Source of the DNA: an uncultured Planctomycetia bacterium
GTDB taxonomy: Bacteria; Omnitrophota; Gorgyraeia; Duberdicusellales; 4484-171
Assembly (NCBI GenBank): GCA_964629655.1
Contig: CAZVQU010000001.1
Coordinates: forward strand, 164,056-228,055
DNA: 64,000 bases
Reading direction: 5' to 3'
The notes beneath the pieces are model-generated. The model ran no database searches. It worked only from the letters and a program-made list of their open reading frames with translations, and had not been told where the DNA came from. Made by a program: the position numbers and the translations under genes. Position 1 is the first letter of the stretch, and each line of letters begins with the position of its first letter. Below are positions 35,151 through 44,746 of this stretch, piece by piece.

Positions 35151-35178
35151 GGGGGCGAGGAGCCCCCTACTTTTTTTT
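35151..35178. terminator. Rho-independent terminator hairpin GGGGGC-GAGGA-GCCCCC with T8 on the plus side
   Basis: Perfect 6-bp GC stem at 35151..35167 followed by TTTTTTTT at 35171..35178. In minus orientation the trailing tract is TTGGTTTGG. It lies 11 nt after the gpsA stop, so it could act in both directions. Confidence 0.5.
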
Positions 35179-35188
35179 ATAGCTATTC

Positions 35189-36193
35189 TTAGTTTATTTT
35201 CTCTGCTTTTAGAGATCTGGACATCAAATCTGCCACTGCCTTCTTAGGCGACTTACCTTGATAAAGAACAGCGTAAACCTGCTGGGTTATTGGCATGTCT
35301 ACGTTTAATTTCTTACTTAGACGAAAGGCAGACTTTACGGTATCAACACCCTCAGCTACCATCCTCATCTTTCCAGTAATCTCACTTAGAGTTTTGCCTT
35401 TACCTATCTCTTCCCCCACTAACCTATTGCGCGAGTAAGGAGAAAAACAAGTAGTTACTAAATCCCCTAAACCACTTATCCCCCAGAAGGTTGAAACATT
35501 TGCCCCTAATTTCTCCCCTAGCCGGGTAATCTCTGCTAAGCCTCTGGTTGCTAAAGCTGCTTTGGTATTAGTTCCAAAACCTAAGCCATCAGAAATTCCG
35601 CACGAAAGGGCAATTATATTCTTCAAGGCTCCTCCCAACTCCACTCCAGCAACATCTTTATGTAGATAGATTCTAAAAGTTGACGTATTGAATAATAATT
35701 GCAGTTTCTCACCGATGCTCTTGCTCTTGCAAGCTAGGATAGACGTGGACGGAACTCCTCGTAATACTTCATGGGCAATATTTGGGCCAGAGAGAACAGC
35801 AACCTTAGAAGCTTTTAGCTCTTTTTCGATTAACTGGGATACTCTCTTCAAAGACTTAGCTTCTATTCCTTTGCTAACACTAACGAAAATTTTGTTTTTA
35901 ATAAGCGGTTTGTATTTTTTAATCTTTTTCAAAGTCCCAGAGACAAACTTAACCGGAATCGCAACTATTATTATCTTACTCTCAAGAACTTCTTTAAGGG
36001 AAGAGTTTGCCTGCAGGTTACGAGGAAATTTTACGCCTTTTAAAAATAACTTATTCTCTCTCTCCCGCTGCATCTTCAGATTATAATCTTTAAAGACACT
36101 ATGAAGTTGAACAGCTACTCCCTTCTTGGAAAGAACTACCCCTAAGGTTGTTCCCCAACTTCCTGCGCCAATTATTGAAATTTTATCTTTCAT
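35189..36193 (-). CDS. gpsA: NAD(P)H-dependent glycerol-3-phosphate dehydrogenase
   Basis: 334 aa, KISIIGAGSWGTTLG. Confidence 0.9.
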   Translation of the reverse strand: MKDKISIIGAGSWGTTLGVVLSKKGVAVQLHSVFKDYNLKMQRERENKLFLKGVKFPRNLQANSSLKEVLESKIIIVAIPVKFVSGTLKKIKKYKPLIKNKIFVSVSKGIEAKSLKRVSQLIEKELKASKVAVLSGPNIAHEVLRGVPSTSILACKSKSIGEKLQLLFNTSTFRIYLHKDVAGVELGGALKNIIALSCGISDGLGFGTNTKAALATRGLAEITRLGEKLGANVSTFWGISGLGDLVTTCFSPYSRNRLVGEEIGKGKTLSEITGKMRMVAEGVDTVKSAFRLSKKLNVDMPITQQVYAVLYQGKSPKKAVADLMSRSLKAEKIN

Positions 36194-36201
36194 CTTTTAA
36201 A

Positions 36202-36275
36202 TGGAGCGGGCGATCGGGATCGAACCGACATAACAGGCTTGGAAGGCCTGTGTTCTACCACTGAACTACACCCGC
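36202..36275 (-). tRNA. tRNA-Gly (anticodon TCC), CCA encoded
   Basis: GCGGGTG acceptor stem, anticodon loop CTTCCAA, T-loop TTCGATC. Confidence 0.8.
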
Positions 36276-36322
36276 GTCTATTTTTTCCACTTACTTTGTG
36301 GTATCTAAATTTGAGTTTTAAA

Positions 36323-36405
36323 TGGGCAGGGAAGGATTTGAACCTTCGAAGTGCAAGCACAATAGATTTACAGTCTATCCCCGTTGGCCGCTAGGGTACC
36401 TGCCC
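36323..36405 (-). tRNA. tRNA-Tyr (anticodon GTA), long variable arm
   Basis: GGGCAGG acceptor stem, anticodon stem-loop ATAGA-CTGTAAA-TCTAT, T-loop TTCAAAT. Confidence 0.75.
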
Positions 36406-36416
36406 GAAATAATAAA

Positions 36417-36492
36417 TGGAGCCCAGGAGAGGAATCGAACCCCCAACCTGAGGTTTACAAAACCCCTGCTCTGCCGATTGAGCTACCTGGGC
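36417..36492 (-). tRNA. tRNA-Thr (anticodon TGT), CCA encoded
   Basis: GCCCAGG acceptor stem, anticodon loop TTTGTAA, T-loop TTCGATT. Confidence 0.75.
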
Positions 36493-36508
36493 ATTTCCAT
36501 TTTTATAT

Positions 36509-37378
36509 CTACCTTTTTTTCAATAAACGTTTAATTGCTTTCGGAAAATACTCAATTATATCTGAAGCAATCAGACAATTTTCGGTCTTATCTCTTACTG
36601 CTATATCGGCAGCTAACCCGTGTAAATATACTCCGACTTTTGCTGCTTGGAATTGGTCTAGTCCTTGTGAAAGCAGGCCAGAAATTATTCCTGAAAGGAC
36701 ATCTCCGGTACCAGCAGTTGCCATGCCAGGATTACCAGTATTATTCTCAAAAGTCCTCTGCCCATCACTCACCAAGGTACGATTACCTTTAAGAACAAGG
36801 GTTAAATTATATCTAAGAGCAAACTTTTTGACAAGCTCTTTTCTCTTTTTCTTGATTCTACTCACATCTGTCTTTATCAGACGAGAAAACTCACCTAAAT
36901 GAGGGGTTAAAATAAGCGTTTTTGTCTTTCGTTTGAGTAAAACCTCTAGGTTCGAAGCCAAAGCAGTTAGAGCATCAGCATCAACTATCATCGGCTTATC
37001 TATATCCTTTACGATTCTTGCAATTAATCTCTTTGTAGAAGCTCCCAGACCTGCTCCTGGACCAATAACAATAAGATCAGCTTTTTTCAAAAAACTCTCT
37101 ATATTGCTAAAAGCTTCTTGGCTAAGAGCACCACCTTTATCAGCTAAAGGTAAGCTCATCGCCTCAGTAAGCTTAATTTCAAAGATACTGTTTAAACTCT
37201 TAGGTACTCCTACGGTAACTAACCCAGCGCCGCTTCTTAAAGCCGCTCTAGCACATAGGCAAACTGCTCCACTAAGGCCAAAAGAACCTCCTATAATTAA
37301 AATATGCCCGTAATCTCCTTTATGGGTATCAGGCTTTCTTTTGAGCAACTGCACAGGCAACCGCATAGTCTTCAACAT
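36509..37378 (-). CDS. nnrD: ADP-dependent NAD(P)H-hydrate dehydratase (YjeF C-terminal family)
   Basis: 289 aa. HKGDYGHILIIGGSFGLSGAV, and GTGDVLSGIISGL in the ATP/ADP-binding region. Confidence 0.75.
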   Translation of the reverse strand: MLKTMRLPVQLLKRKPDTHKGDYGHILIIGGSFGLSGAVCLCARAALRSGAGLVTVGVPKSLNSIFEIKLTEAMSLPLADKGGALSQEAFSNIESFLKKADLIVIGPGAGLGASTKRLIARIVKDIDKPMIVDADALTALASNLEVLLKRKTKTLILTPHLGEFSRLIKTDVSRIKKKRKELVKKFALRYNLTLVLKGNRTLVSDGQRTFENNTGNPGMATAGTGDVLSGIISGLLSQGLDQFQAAKVGVYLHGLAADIAVRDKTENCLIASDIIEYFPKAIKRLLKKR

Positions 37379-37682
37379 GGGTTATAGAAAGAAAAATATC
37401 AATACCAATATCTTTTTTAAATTTACAATAAGGAGCACCATTCTCCCTATTGAGAATTAGAATGTCAGTGAGAGCCAAAGGATACTCTTTTGAAATTGCC
37501 TTTATTACCGCCTCCTTAGCTGCGAAACGAGCAGCAAGGCGCTGGTAATACATCTTGCCTTTGAGGATATTCTCTAGCTCCTCGGCATTAAATACGCGGT
37601 CTAAGAAGCTACTTTTCCACTTCTCTATCGATTTCTTAATCTTCTCTATTTGTATTATGTCTATTCCTACGCCCACAACCAT
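37329..37682 (-). CDS. acpS: Holo-ACP synthase
   Basis: 117 aa, MVVGVGIDIIQIEKI...FAAKEAVIKA. Confidence 0.8.
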   Translation of the reverse strand: MVVGVGIDIIQIEKIKKSIEKWKSSFLDRVFNAEELENILKGKMYYQRLAARFAAKEAVIKAISKEYPLALTDILILNRENGAPYCKFKKDIGIDIFLSITHVEDYAVACAVAQKKA

Positions 37683-37685
37683 CTT

Positions 37686-38408
37686 TTATTTTTTAATTCT
37701 TAATAAGGAAATCATTTCCTCAACAGCCTGAGTAATCCCGATAAAAACAGAACGGCAAATTATTGAATGCCCGATATTAAGCTCCTCTATCTCTTTTATT
37801 TTTACTATCTCTCCCAAATTTTCATAATCAAGGCCATGGCCGGCAGCGACAAAAAAGCCCTCACTCTTACCAAACTTTGCTGCTTCTTTTATCTTTTTTA
37901 TTTCCTTGCCTAAAACAGCTTTGGTTTTAGCCAAAGAAAAAGCACCGGTATTAATCTCAATGATCTCTATACCTAAATTCTTAGCTGCTTTAATTTGCTT
38001 CTTCACCGGATCAATAAATAAGCTAACCTTTATCTTGGCTTTCATTAACCTCTCTATTACCTTAGCTACTTTCTTATTATTCTTTACAAGATCAAGCCCA
38101 CCTTCGGTAGTCAACTCCTGTCTTTTCTCAGGAACTAAAGTTGCCTGTTGGGGGACTACCTTACAAGCAAAATCAACAATATCCCCAGAAGTAGACATCT
38201 CTAGATTTAAAGGAATCTTTACAGCTTCTTTAACAAAAGTTACATCCCGTTCCTTTATATGCCTTTTATCTTCTCTTAGATGGACAACTATTGAATCGCA
38301 GCCAGCATACTCTGCCAAAAGAGCTGCCACTACTGGATCAGGGTAAGCTGTGTTATTCCGAGCTTGCCTTAAGGTCGCCACATGGTCGACGTTAACCCCT
38401 AGCCTCAT
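37686..38408 (-). CDS. pdxJ: Pyridoxine 5'-phosphate synthase
   Basis: 240 aa, MRLGVNVDHVATLRQAR. Confidence 0.9.
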   Translation of the reverse strand: MRLGVNVDHVATLRQARNNTAYPDPVVAALLAEYAGCDSIVVHLREDKRHIKERDVTFVKEAVKIPLNLEMSTSGDIVDFACKVVPQQATLVPEKRQELTTEGGLDLVKNNKKVAKVIERLMKAKIKVSLFIDPVKKQIKAAKNLGIEIIEINTGAFSLAKTKAVLGKEIKKIKEAAKFGKSEGFFVAAGHGLDYENLGEIVKIKEIEELNIGHSIICRSVFIGITQAVEEMISLLRIKK

Positions 38409-38542
38409 ATAATCCTTCCGCCGCCAGTAATTGCACCACTAACATACAACCAAATAAAAATAGCAATAACTAAAGCCGTAAGCTTAAGCCAAAAGTTATA
38501 CGTGATTGCTCTTTTAATACTTATCTTCTTTAAAAATTCCAT
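38405..38542 (-). CDS. Small hydrophobic protein (approximately 46 aa) translationally coupled to pdxJ
   Basis: MEFLKKISIKRAITYNFWLKLTALVIAIFIWLYVSGAITGGGRII. A GGAGG sits 8 nt upstream. The TGA stop overlaps the pdxJ ATG. Confidence 0.3.
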   Translation of the reverse strand: MEFLKKISIKRAITYNFWLKLTALVIAIFIWLYVSGAITGGGRII

Positions 38543-38598
38543 ATCCATATCCTCCCTGATTGTAATCAGAAATAAAATTCTAAACCCAAAGGTTTATC

Positions 38599-39357
38599 TT
38601 AGCGAGGCTTTGTTAATTGCCCTTTAAGGATAGTAAGTAAATCATTAGGCGTTAGATTCCGAGTCAACTGTCCGTTTATGGCCAAAGATACTGAACCATT
38701 TTCTTCCGAGACTGACACGACAAGTGCGTCCGAATTCTCAGAAAGACCTACTGCTGCCCGATGGCGCATGCCTAAAGTCCTCTCTAGGTTCGGATTATCA
38801 CTAAGCGGAAAAAGACAGGAAGCAGCTATTACTGTTGTTTCATCAACCACTACTCCGCCATCATGTAATGGTGCCGAAGGATAAAAAATGTTTTGTAATA
38901 ACTCTGTTGTAAGCTCAGCATTCAAAACTACCCCACTCTCGATATACCGTTTAAGCCCGATTTCCCTCTTTATAGCGATAAGAGCACCGTGTTTCTTGCG
39001 CGAAAGAGCTCCAGCTGCAGAAACGATTTCACGTAAGGTTTTCTCGATCTCCTCCCTTTTAGGTTCAATCGAGAAAATATGACGTTTGCCTAAATGTATA
39101 AGACCTTCCCTTAGCTCGGGCTGAAAAATAATAACTACCAGAACCAGAAAAAAAGCAAAAAGGTAGGTAAGCAAACGTGTCAAAATCGGTAAACCCAACA
39201 TTTGAAAAGTAAGCAGAGAGATTATCAGAATGATAATACCTCTTAAAAGGTAAACGGCTTTTGTGCCTTTTAAAAACAGAAATATCCTATAGACAACCGC
39301 CCATAGGATTAATATCTCAACTATAGCTTTCCATTTTAGGAGTCCTAAAAGATCCAT
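38599..39357 (-). CDS. cdaA: Diadenylate cyclase CdaA (c-di-AMP synthase), membrane anchored
   Basis: 252 aa. Three N-terminal TM helices. DAC motifs DGGVVVD and GMRHRAAVG. Confidence 0.85.
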   Translation of the reverse strand: MDLLGLLKWKAIVEILILWAVVYRIFLFLKGTKAVYLLRGIIILIISLLTFQMLGLPILTRLLTYLFAFFLVLVVIIFQPELREGLIHLGKRHIFSIEPKREEIEKTLREIVSAAGALSRKKHGALIAIKREIGLKRYIESGVVLNAELTTELLQNIFYPSAPLHDGGVVVDETTVIAASCLFPLSDNPNLERTLGMRHRAAVGLSENSDALVVSVSEENGSVSLAINGQLTRNLTPNDLLTILKGQLTKPR

Positions 39358-40574
39358 TAGTTATTAGTAATTTTTGAGGCTACTTTTATAGCCTGAGCAG
39401 TTTCTGCTACATCATGTACCCTTAAAATATTAGCACCCTTAGCAAAAGAAATGATGCTAGCGGCAATTGTTCCTACCAAACGCTCACTAGTACCCACATT
39501 AAGTATCTTACCAATAAAAGATTTACGAGACAACCCTAAAAAAATCGGTAGCCCCAAAACCTTCAGTTTGTAAAGTTCATTAATTATCTTGGTATTATCT
39601 TCTAGACGCTTACCAAATCCTATCCCGGGATCGATAAGAATCTGACTCTTACTTATACCTCTCCGGTCGCAAAACTTCAATCTTTCTTTGAAAAAATCAA
39701 TTATCTCTACTGTTACATCTTTATAGCCAGGTTTTATTTGCATAGTCGCAGGAGCCCCCTTCATATGCATTAATATACACCCTAATTTATATCTCTTAAT
39801 TAAAGACGCCATTTGGGGGCTACCTCTTAAAGCTGTAATATCATTAATTATATCAACTCCTTCGGCCACAGCTGCTTTTGCTACTGGATACTTATAAGTA
39901 TCTATGGCTAGAAGAACTTTTTTGAATTCCTTGCGCAAAGCTTTCAAAACAGGCACAACCCTCTTTATCTCATCTCCTACTTTAATTGGGCTTGAGAAAG
40001 GCCTTGTTGATTCTCCGCCTAAGTCTATTATTTTTGCCCCGGATTTCACCATCTCCTCTGCTTTCTCTAAAGCTAAACTTTGAACTTTGGACTTTGAACT
40101 TTGGACTTTGCTAAGTAGCCCATCTCCGGTGAAAGAATCCTTAGTGACATTTATAATCCCACAGATAACTGGTTTCTTAATTTTTAGGACTTTACCTCTA
40201 GCCTTAAAAATAAGCTCTTTCATACCCAAGTTGTTCAGATAAGCAGAAATGCTTCCAGAAACTTCTTTCAGAGCAAACGGCTGATCTTTCAATTTTTCAG
40301 AGAGCTTTTTCAATTGGCTTAAGCTTCCAAAAATAAGAACAGAAGTCTTTATGTTCTTTATTAGGGCTTTCCGCTCCAAGGCTGCATCACTTCCTAGAGA
40401 AAGAAGTTGTTGCTTTATTATATTTGCTTCCCAAGACTTGATTCCTTCAATTCTAAATGCTGCATGTAGACTTTTCGGGGATAAAATTCTTACGCCCTCA
40501 GGGCTTACGCCCATAGAAGACATTATCTTTCGGGCTTCTTCTTCATTTCTTACGCTTAGGGGAGTTATCCTCAT
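39357..40574 (-). CDS. folP: Dihydropteroate synthase with approximately 130-aa N-terminal extension of unknown function
   Basis: 405 aa. The pterin-binding barrel starts at KKPVICGIINVTKDSFTGDGLL, with DTYK and GASIL-like motifs after it. The N-terminal 130 aa have no recognisable motif. Confidence 0.8.
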   Translation of the reverse strand: MRITPLSVRNEEEARKIMSSMGVSPEGVRILSPKSLHAAFRIEGIKSWEANIIKQQLLSLGSDAALERKALIKNIKTSVLIFGSLSQLKKLSEKLKDQPFALKEVSGSISAYLNNLGMKELIFKARGKVLKIKKPVICGIINVTKDSFTGDGLLSKVQSSKSKVQSLALEKAEEMVKSGAKIIDLGGESTRPFSSPIKVGDEIKRVVPVLKALRKEFKKVLLAIDTYKYPVAKAAVAEGVDIINDITALRGSPQMASLIKRYKLGCILMHMKGAPATMQIKPGYKDVTVEIIDFFKERLKFCDRRGISKSQILIDPGIGFGKRLEDNTKIINELYKLKVLGLPIFLGLSRKSFIGKILNVGTSERLVGTIAASIISFAKGANILRVHDVAETAQAIKVASKITNN

Positions 40575-42417
40575 CTTTTAAGTTAATTATACTCTTAACC
40601 TCTTCGGCATTTAACACTTCTTTCTCTAACAAAGCATCAGCTAATGATTTTAGTTTTTTCTTGTTACCCTCAATTAACTTTTTGGCCCGTTCATGGCACT
40701 CACCAACGATACGTTTTACCTCTTCATCAACAATCTTAGCTGTCTCTTCACTATAATCCTTCTCGTGAACCAAATCTCTTCCTAAAAATACTGGACCGTG
40801 ACTACGCCCTAAGGTATAATTACCCAATCGTTCACTCATCCCATAATCACAAACCATCTTTCTGGCTATACGAGAAACCTCCATCAAATCATTCATAGCC
40901 CCGGTAGTAATATCACCTAAATTCACCTCTTCAGAGACTCTCCCACCCAAAGCAACAGTTATTATCCCTAAAAGTTCTTTCTTGGATTTATACCATCGAT
41001 CCTCTTTGGGAGGTGAAAATGTATATCCGCCAGCCATGCCTCGAGGTATGATTGAAACCTTAGTCATAGAATCGACTTCAGGAATTAATAAAGATAATAA
41101 TGCATGCCCAGCTTCATGGAAAGCAGTTAATTCTTTCTCATGCTTAGAAATTATTCGGCTCTTTTTCTCTGGCCCCATCATCACCCTCTCTATAGATTCC
41201 TCTAGTTCTGACTGCTCAACAGCGGCCTTATCATGCCTAGCTGCTAGGAGTGCGGCCTCATTACAAAGATTTTCTAAATCGGCACCTGAAAACCCGGGAG
41301 TTTTCTTAGCCACCGCAGCTAAATCAATATTTTTAGCTAATGTTATCTTCTTGGTATGGACCTTTAAAATCTCCTCTCTTCCCTTAATGTCAGGAGAATA
41401 AATTACGATATGCCGGTCAAATCTACCTGGCCTAAGAAGCGCCGGGTCTAAAACATCAGGCCGGTTAGTTGCAGCCATAACAATTATCCCCGCTTGAGTC
41501 TGAAAACCATCCATCTCAGTAAGGAGTTGATTCAGAGTCTGTTCTCTCTCATCATGGCCTCCACCTACTCCGGCAAAACGTTGCCGTCCTACAGCATCTA
41601 TTTCGTCGATAAAAATAATACACCCTTTATTCTCTATCTTGGCAGCTTTTTTAGCCTGCTCAAATAAGTCTCTTACCCTAGAGGCTCCAACACCGACAAA
41701 CATCTCGACAAAATCAGAACCACTAATACTAAAAAAAGGAACTCGGGCTTCACCGGCAACCGCCTTAGCCAAAAGGGTCTTACCACATCCCGGAGGACCA
41801 ACTAATAAAACTCCTTTAGGAAATCTTCCGCCTAAACGCTGAAACTTTTTAGGGTCTTTTAAAAACTCTATTACTTCCTGCAACTCTTCCTTGGCCTCAT
41901 CTATGCCAGCTACATCACCAAAGGTAATCCGGGTTGCCTTTTCTTTATCTAGAGAAGCTACCCTTGCTTTTCCAAAAGACCAAACCCGTGAACCCATCTG
42001 ATTTCCTTTGCGGGAAAAATACCAGAGAAAGAGAATAAACAGAAGCATCGGGCCGAAGAAATAAAGAATATTTGAAAAGATACCTGGTGCCTCTACCTCA
42101 AATTTACCTATATTTTTTCTCAAAAGGCTAATTATCTCCTTATCCTCCTGGGGGATATAGAGCTGAAAATACCCTTCTCCTCTGCCTGCACCTGCCGTGA
42201 AACCGCCGAATACACGATTTTCGTTTAATTTAACCCACTCTATAACAGGATCTTCCAAATTGTGCTCTACTAAATAGTAAAATTCATTGTAGGTGAGTTT
42301 CTTGGTAAGCCCAGCGCTAAAAAGGCTTACCATCCAGACCAGACTGAGGAAAACGAGGATTAAAAGGAATGTTTTCCTCAAAAAATCGGAATTTGGGGTC
42401 TTTTTTTTCTTAGCCAT
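40543..42417 (-). CDS. ftsH: ATP-dependent zinc metalloprotease FtsH
   Basis: 624 aa. Two TM helices, Walker A GPPGCGKT, second region of homology, HEAGHA zinc motif. Confidence 0.95.
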   Translation of the reverse strand: MAKKKKTPNSDFLRKTFLLILVFLSLVWMVSLFSAGLTKKLTYNEFYYLVEHNLEDPVIEWVKLNENRVFGGFTAGAGRGEGYFQLYIPQEDKEIISLLRKNIGKFEVEAPGIFSNILYFFGPMLLFILFLWYFSRKGNQMGSRVWSFGKARVASLDKEKATRITFGDVAGIDEAKEELQEVIEFLKDPKKFQRLGGRFPKGVLLVGPPGCGKTLLAKAVAGEARVPFFSISGSDFVEMFVGVGASRVRDLFEQAKKAAKIENKGCIIFIDEIDAVGRQRFAGVGGGHDEREQTLNQLLTEMDGFQTQAGIIVMAATNRPDVLDPALLRPGRFDRHIVIYSPDIKGREEILKVHTKKITLAKNIDLAAVAKKTPGFSGADLENLCNEAALLAARHDKAAVEQSELEESIERVMMGPEKKSRIISKHEKELTAFHEAGHALLSLLIPEVDSMTKVSIIPRGMAGGYTFSPPKEDRWYKSKKELLGIITVALGGRVSEEVNLGDITTGAMNDLMEVSRIARKMVCDYGMSERLGNYTLGRSHGPVFLGRDLVHEKDYSEETAKIVDEEVKRIVGECHERAKKLIEGNKKKLKSLADALLEKEVLNAEEVKSIINLKDEDNSPKRKK

Positions 42418-42441
42418 CGCTAGCTATTATACTGTATCGGG

Positions 42442-43425
42442 TTATAAAATCAAGGATTGAATAAAAAGCGATTTTTCCTCTTTTTTCGCTCTAAGATCGG
42501 GTAAATCTACAATACTTCCTTTGGGCCGCCGAAAGACTAAGTCCTGTAATTCATTAAGATGCTTGGCCTGGAGCTTTCGGGTATTCCCTTTTAGCTCCTC
42601 AATGGCGATACGAACTACATTATTAAATATAGCCAGAGGCAAGTCTTTTAAACCCTTTAAATCCAAGCAAAGGCTTTTGGTAGTTTCTTTACGCTTAAGA
42701 GCAAGGAACTTACTGTGCGAAAAGGAATAGATAAAATCATAGTCTAAGGAGATATTTGAAGCTAAATTGTATAAACTACTCACTATGTTAGGGTTTAACT
42801 CCCTAAGTAAGGGTAATAACTTTAATCTTACCCGATTGCGAAAGAATTTATCTTCAAAATTACTCTTATCTGTACAAAAAGATATCTTTTGCCCCTCTAG
42901 CCACTCAACAATCTCTTTCTTCCTAACCTCAACCAGTGGCCTAATAACAGTCAAGCTCTTAAATTTCGTCTTGGGTAAAAACCCCCTTAAGCCTTTCAGG
43001 CCTGAGCCCCGAATCATTCTCATCAATACCGTCTCAACTAAATCGTCCTTATGGTGAGCTAAAGCAATCTTTTTAATCTTGGTCTGGCGAGAAACCTTCA
43101 TGAAGAAATCCAGACGTAAATTTCTAGCTGTCTGTTCTAAGGAATCTCCGTTGAAAAAGCTCTGCACGTCCTTCTTCTCGCTTATAAATTTTACCCCTAA
43201 TTTTTCACATAGCTTGCGAATAAACTCTTCTTCCCTATCGGCCTCTCCCCGTAAGCTATGGTTAAAGTGAGCACAAACTAATTGTAATTTATACTCCTTA
43301 CGAATCTTGGAGAATTGATAAAGCATAGCTACTGAATCCGGGCCGCCAGAGACCCCTAGAATTACCTTATCTTTCTTCTTTAATAAATTGTACTTTCTCA
43401 GGGCATTTCTAAAAATTACTTCCAT
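42442..43425 (-). CDS. tilS: tRNA(Ile)-lysidine synthetase
   Basis: 327 aa. PP-loop LGVSGGPDSVAM. Confidence 0.85.
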   Translation of the reverse strand: MEVIFRNALRKYNLLKKKDKVILGVSGGPDSVAMLYQFSKIRKEYKLQLVCAHFNHSLRGEADREEEFIRKLCEKLGVKFISEKKDVQSFFNGDSLEQTARNLRLDFFMKVSRQTKIKKIALAHHKDDLVETVLMRMIRGSGLKGLRGFLPKTKFKSLTVIRPLVEVRKKEIVEWLEGQKISFCTDKSNFEDKFFRNRVRLKLLPLLRELNPNIVSSLYNLASNISLDYDFIYSFSHSKFLALKRKETTKSLCLDLKGLKDLPLAIFNNVVRIAIEELKGNTRKLQAKHLNELQDLVFRRPKGSIVDLPDLRAKKEEKSLFIQSLIL

Positions 43426-43462
43426 GGTTTTAATATTATATCACATTTGCTATAATGGTTTC

Positions 43463-44737
43463 ATGAATATTTTGGCCATAAATCCCTGGATAGTAGACTT
43501 TGCTGCCTATGATTTTTGGCTTAAGCCCTATGGGTTTTTGACCCTCCTAACCTACCTCAAAAACAAAGGCTTAAATATAGATTACATAGACTGCTTAAGC
43601 AGGAAAGTTACAAATACTAACTTTGGAAGGGGAAAATACTATTCGCAAATCATTGAAAAACCCTCATCCTTAAAGCCAATCCCTCGCTACTTTAAACGTT
43701 ACGGCATTACCCTTGATGAATTCAAGGAACGTATATGTAATAAAAAACCTGACTATATTCTCCTAACCTCTTCGATGACTTACTGGTATCCGGCAATCAC
43801 TGATGCAGTAAACATCCTAAGAAAAAAATTTCCTAAGGTGAAAATAATTTTAGGTGGGACTTACGCTACCCTATTACCAAAACATGCCAAAGAAACAACT
43901 GGTTGTGACTTTGTCTTTGAAACTAATTCTTTGAAAGATTTTTTTAAACTCCTAAAGGTAGAATTTAACTTCAAAGAGCTCTTATCAACATTTCCGATGT
44001 ATAACGATTTCCACCCTAACCTAGATTATGTAGTGCTGCGAACTTCCTGGGGTTGTCCTTTTGAATGCACCTTCTGCGCTATAAGGAAGACCGCCTCGCG
44101 TTTTTTCAGGGTCAAGCTACAAGATGTACTAGACTTCATCCTTAAATATCAAGGCCAGGGATTAAAAGATTTCATCCTTTACGATGACGCCTTCCTTTAT
44201 GAACCAGACTATGCCAAAGAACTCCTTGTGAAAGTTGCTAATTTGAATTTAGATATTAACTTCCACACCCCCAATGCTCTTCATTTAAGATTTCTTGATA
44301 AAGAGATTGCTAGCCTGCTTAAGAAAGTAGGCTTTATTAATCCCCACTTTGGATTAGAAACCTTAAACCCAAAACTACAAAAATTGTGGGGTGATAAGGT
44401 AGATAAAGACGAATTAATAAAAGGAATAAATTGGTTGAAACAGGCCGGATTTAAAAATGGTGAATTCAGTATATATCTACTCTTAGGATATCCTAACCAA
44501 AACTTAGGCCAATTGCGAAAAGACGCAGACTTCCTGAATAACTTAGGGGCTAGAGTATCCTTAGCTGAATTCTCTCCTACGCCTGAGACAAAAATCTTCC
44601 ACCGGCATAAGGATAATCTCGATGAACCACTCCTGCACAATAACTCTATATTTGGCTTTTTCCAAAAAGAAAGGATAAAGGATTTCTGGGAAATAAAGAA
44701 TTACGTAAGGGACTTGAACAAAAGGCTAAACTCTTAA
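43463..44737 (+). CDS. B12-binding-domain radical SAM protein
   Basis: Start chosen at MNILAINPW..., the typical class-B N-terminus, directly after TGcTATAAT. The radical SAM cluster is CPFECTFC. The longer ORF from 43388 would overlap tilS. Confidence 0.7.
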   Translation: MNILAINPWIVDFAAYDFWLKPYGFLTLLTYLKNKGLNIDYIDCLSRKVTNTNFGRGKYYSQIIEKPSSLKPIPRYFKRYGITLDEFKERICNKKPDYILLTSSMTYWYPAITDAVNILRKKFPKVKIILGGTYATLLPKHAKETTGCDFVFETNSLKDFFKLLKVEFNFKELLSTFPMYNDFHPNLDYVVLRTSWGCPFECTFCAIRKTASRFFRVKLQDVLDFILKYQGQGLKDFILYDDAFLYEPDYAKELLVKVANLNLDINFHTPNALHLRFLDKEIASLLKKVGFINPHFGLETLNPKLQKLWGDKVDKDELIKGINWLKQAGFKNGEFSIYLLLGYPNQNLGQLRKDADFLNNLGARVSLAEFSPTPETKIFHRHKDNLDEPLLHNNSIFGFFQKERIKDFWEIKNYVRDLNKRLNS

Positions 44738-44746
44738 TGAGAAAGA

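Noticed and set aside
36322-36902. Plus-strand ORFs of 70 and 172 aa over the tRNA cluster
   Set aside because: They read through three tRNA genes and nnrD on the wrong strand.
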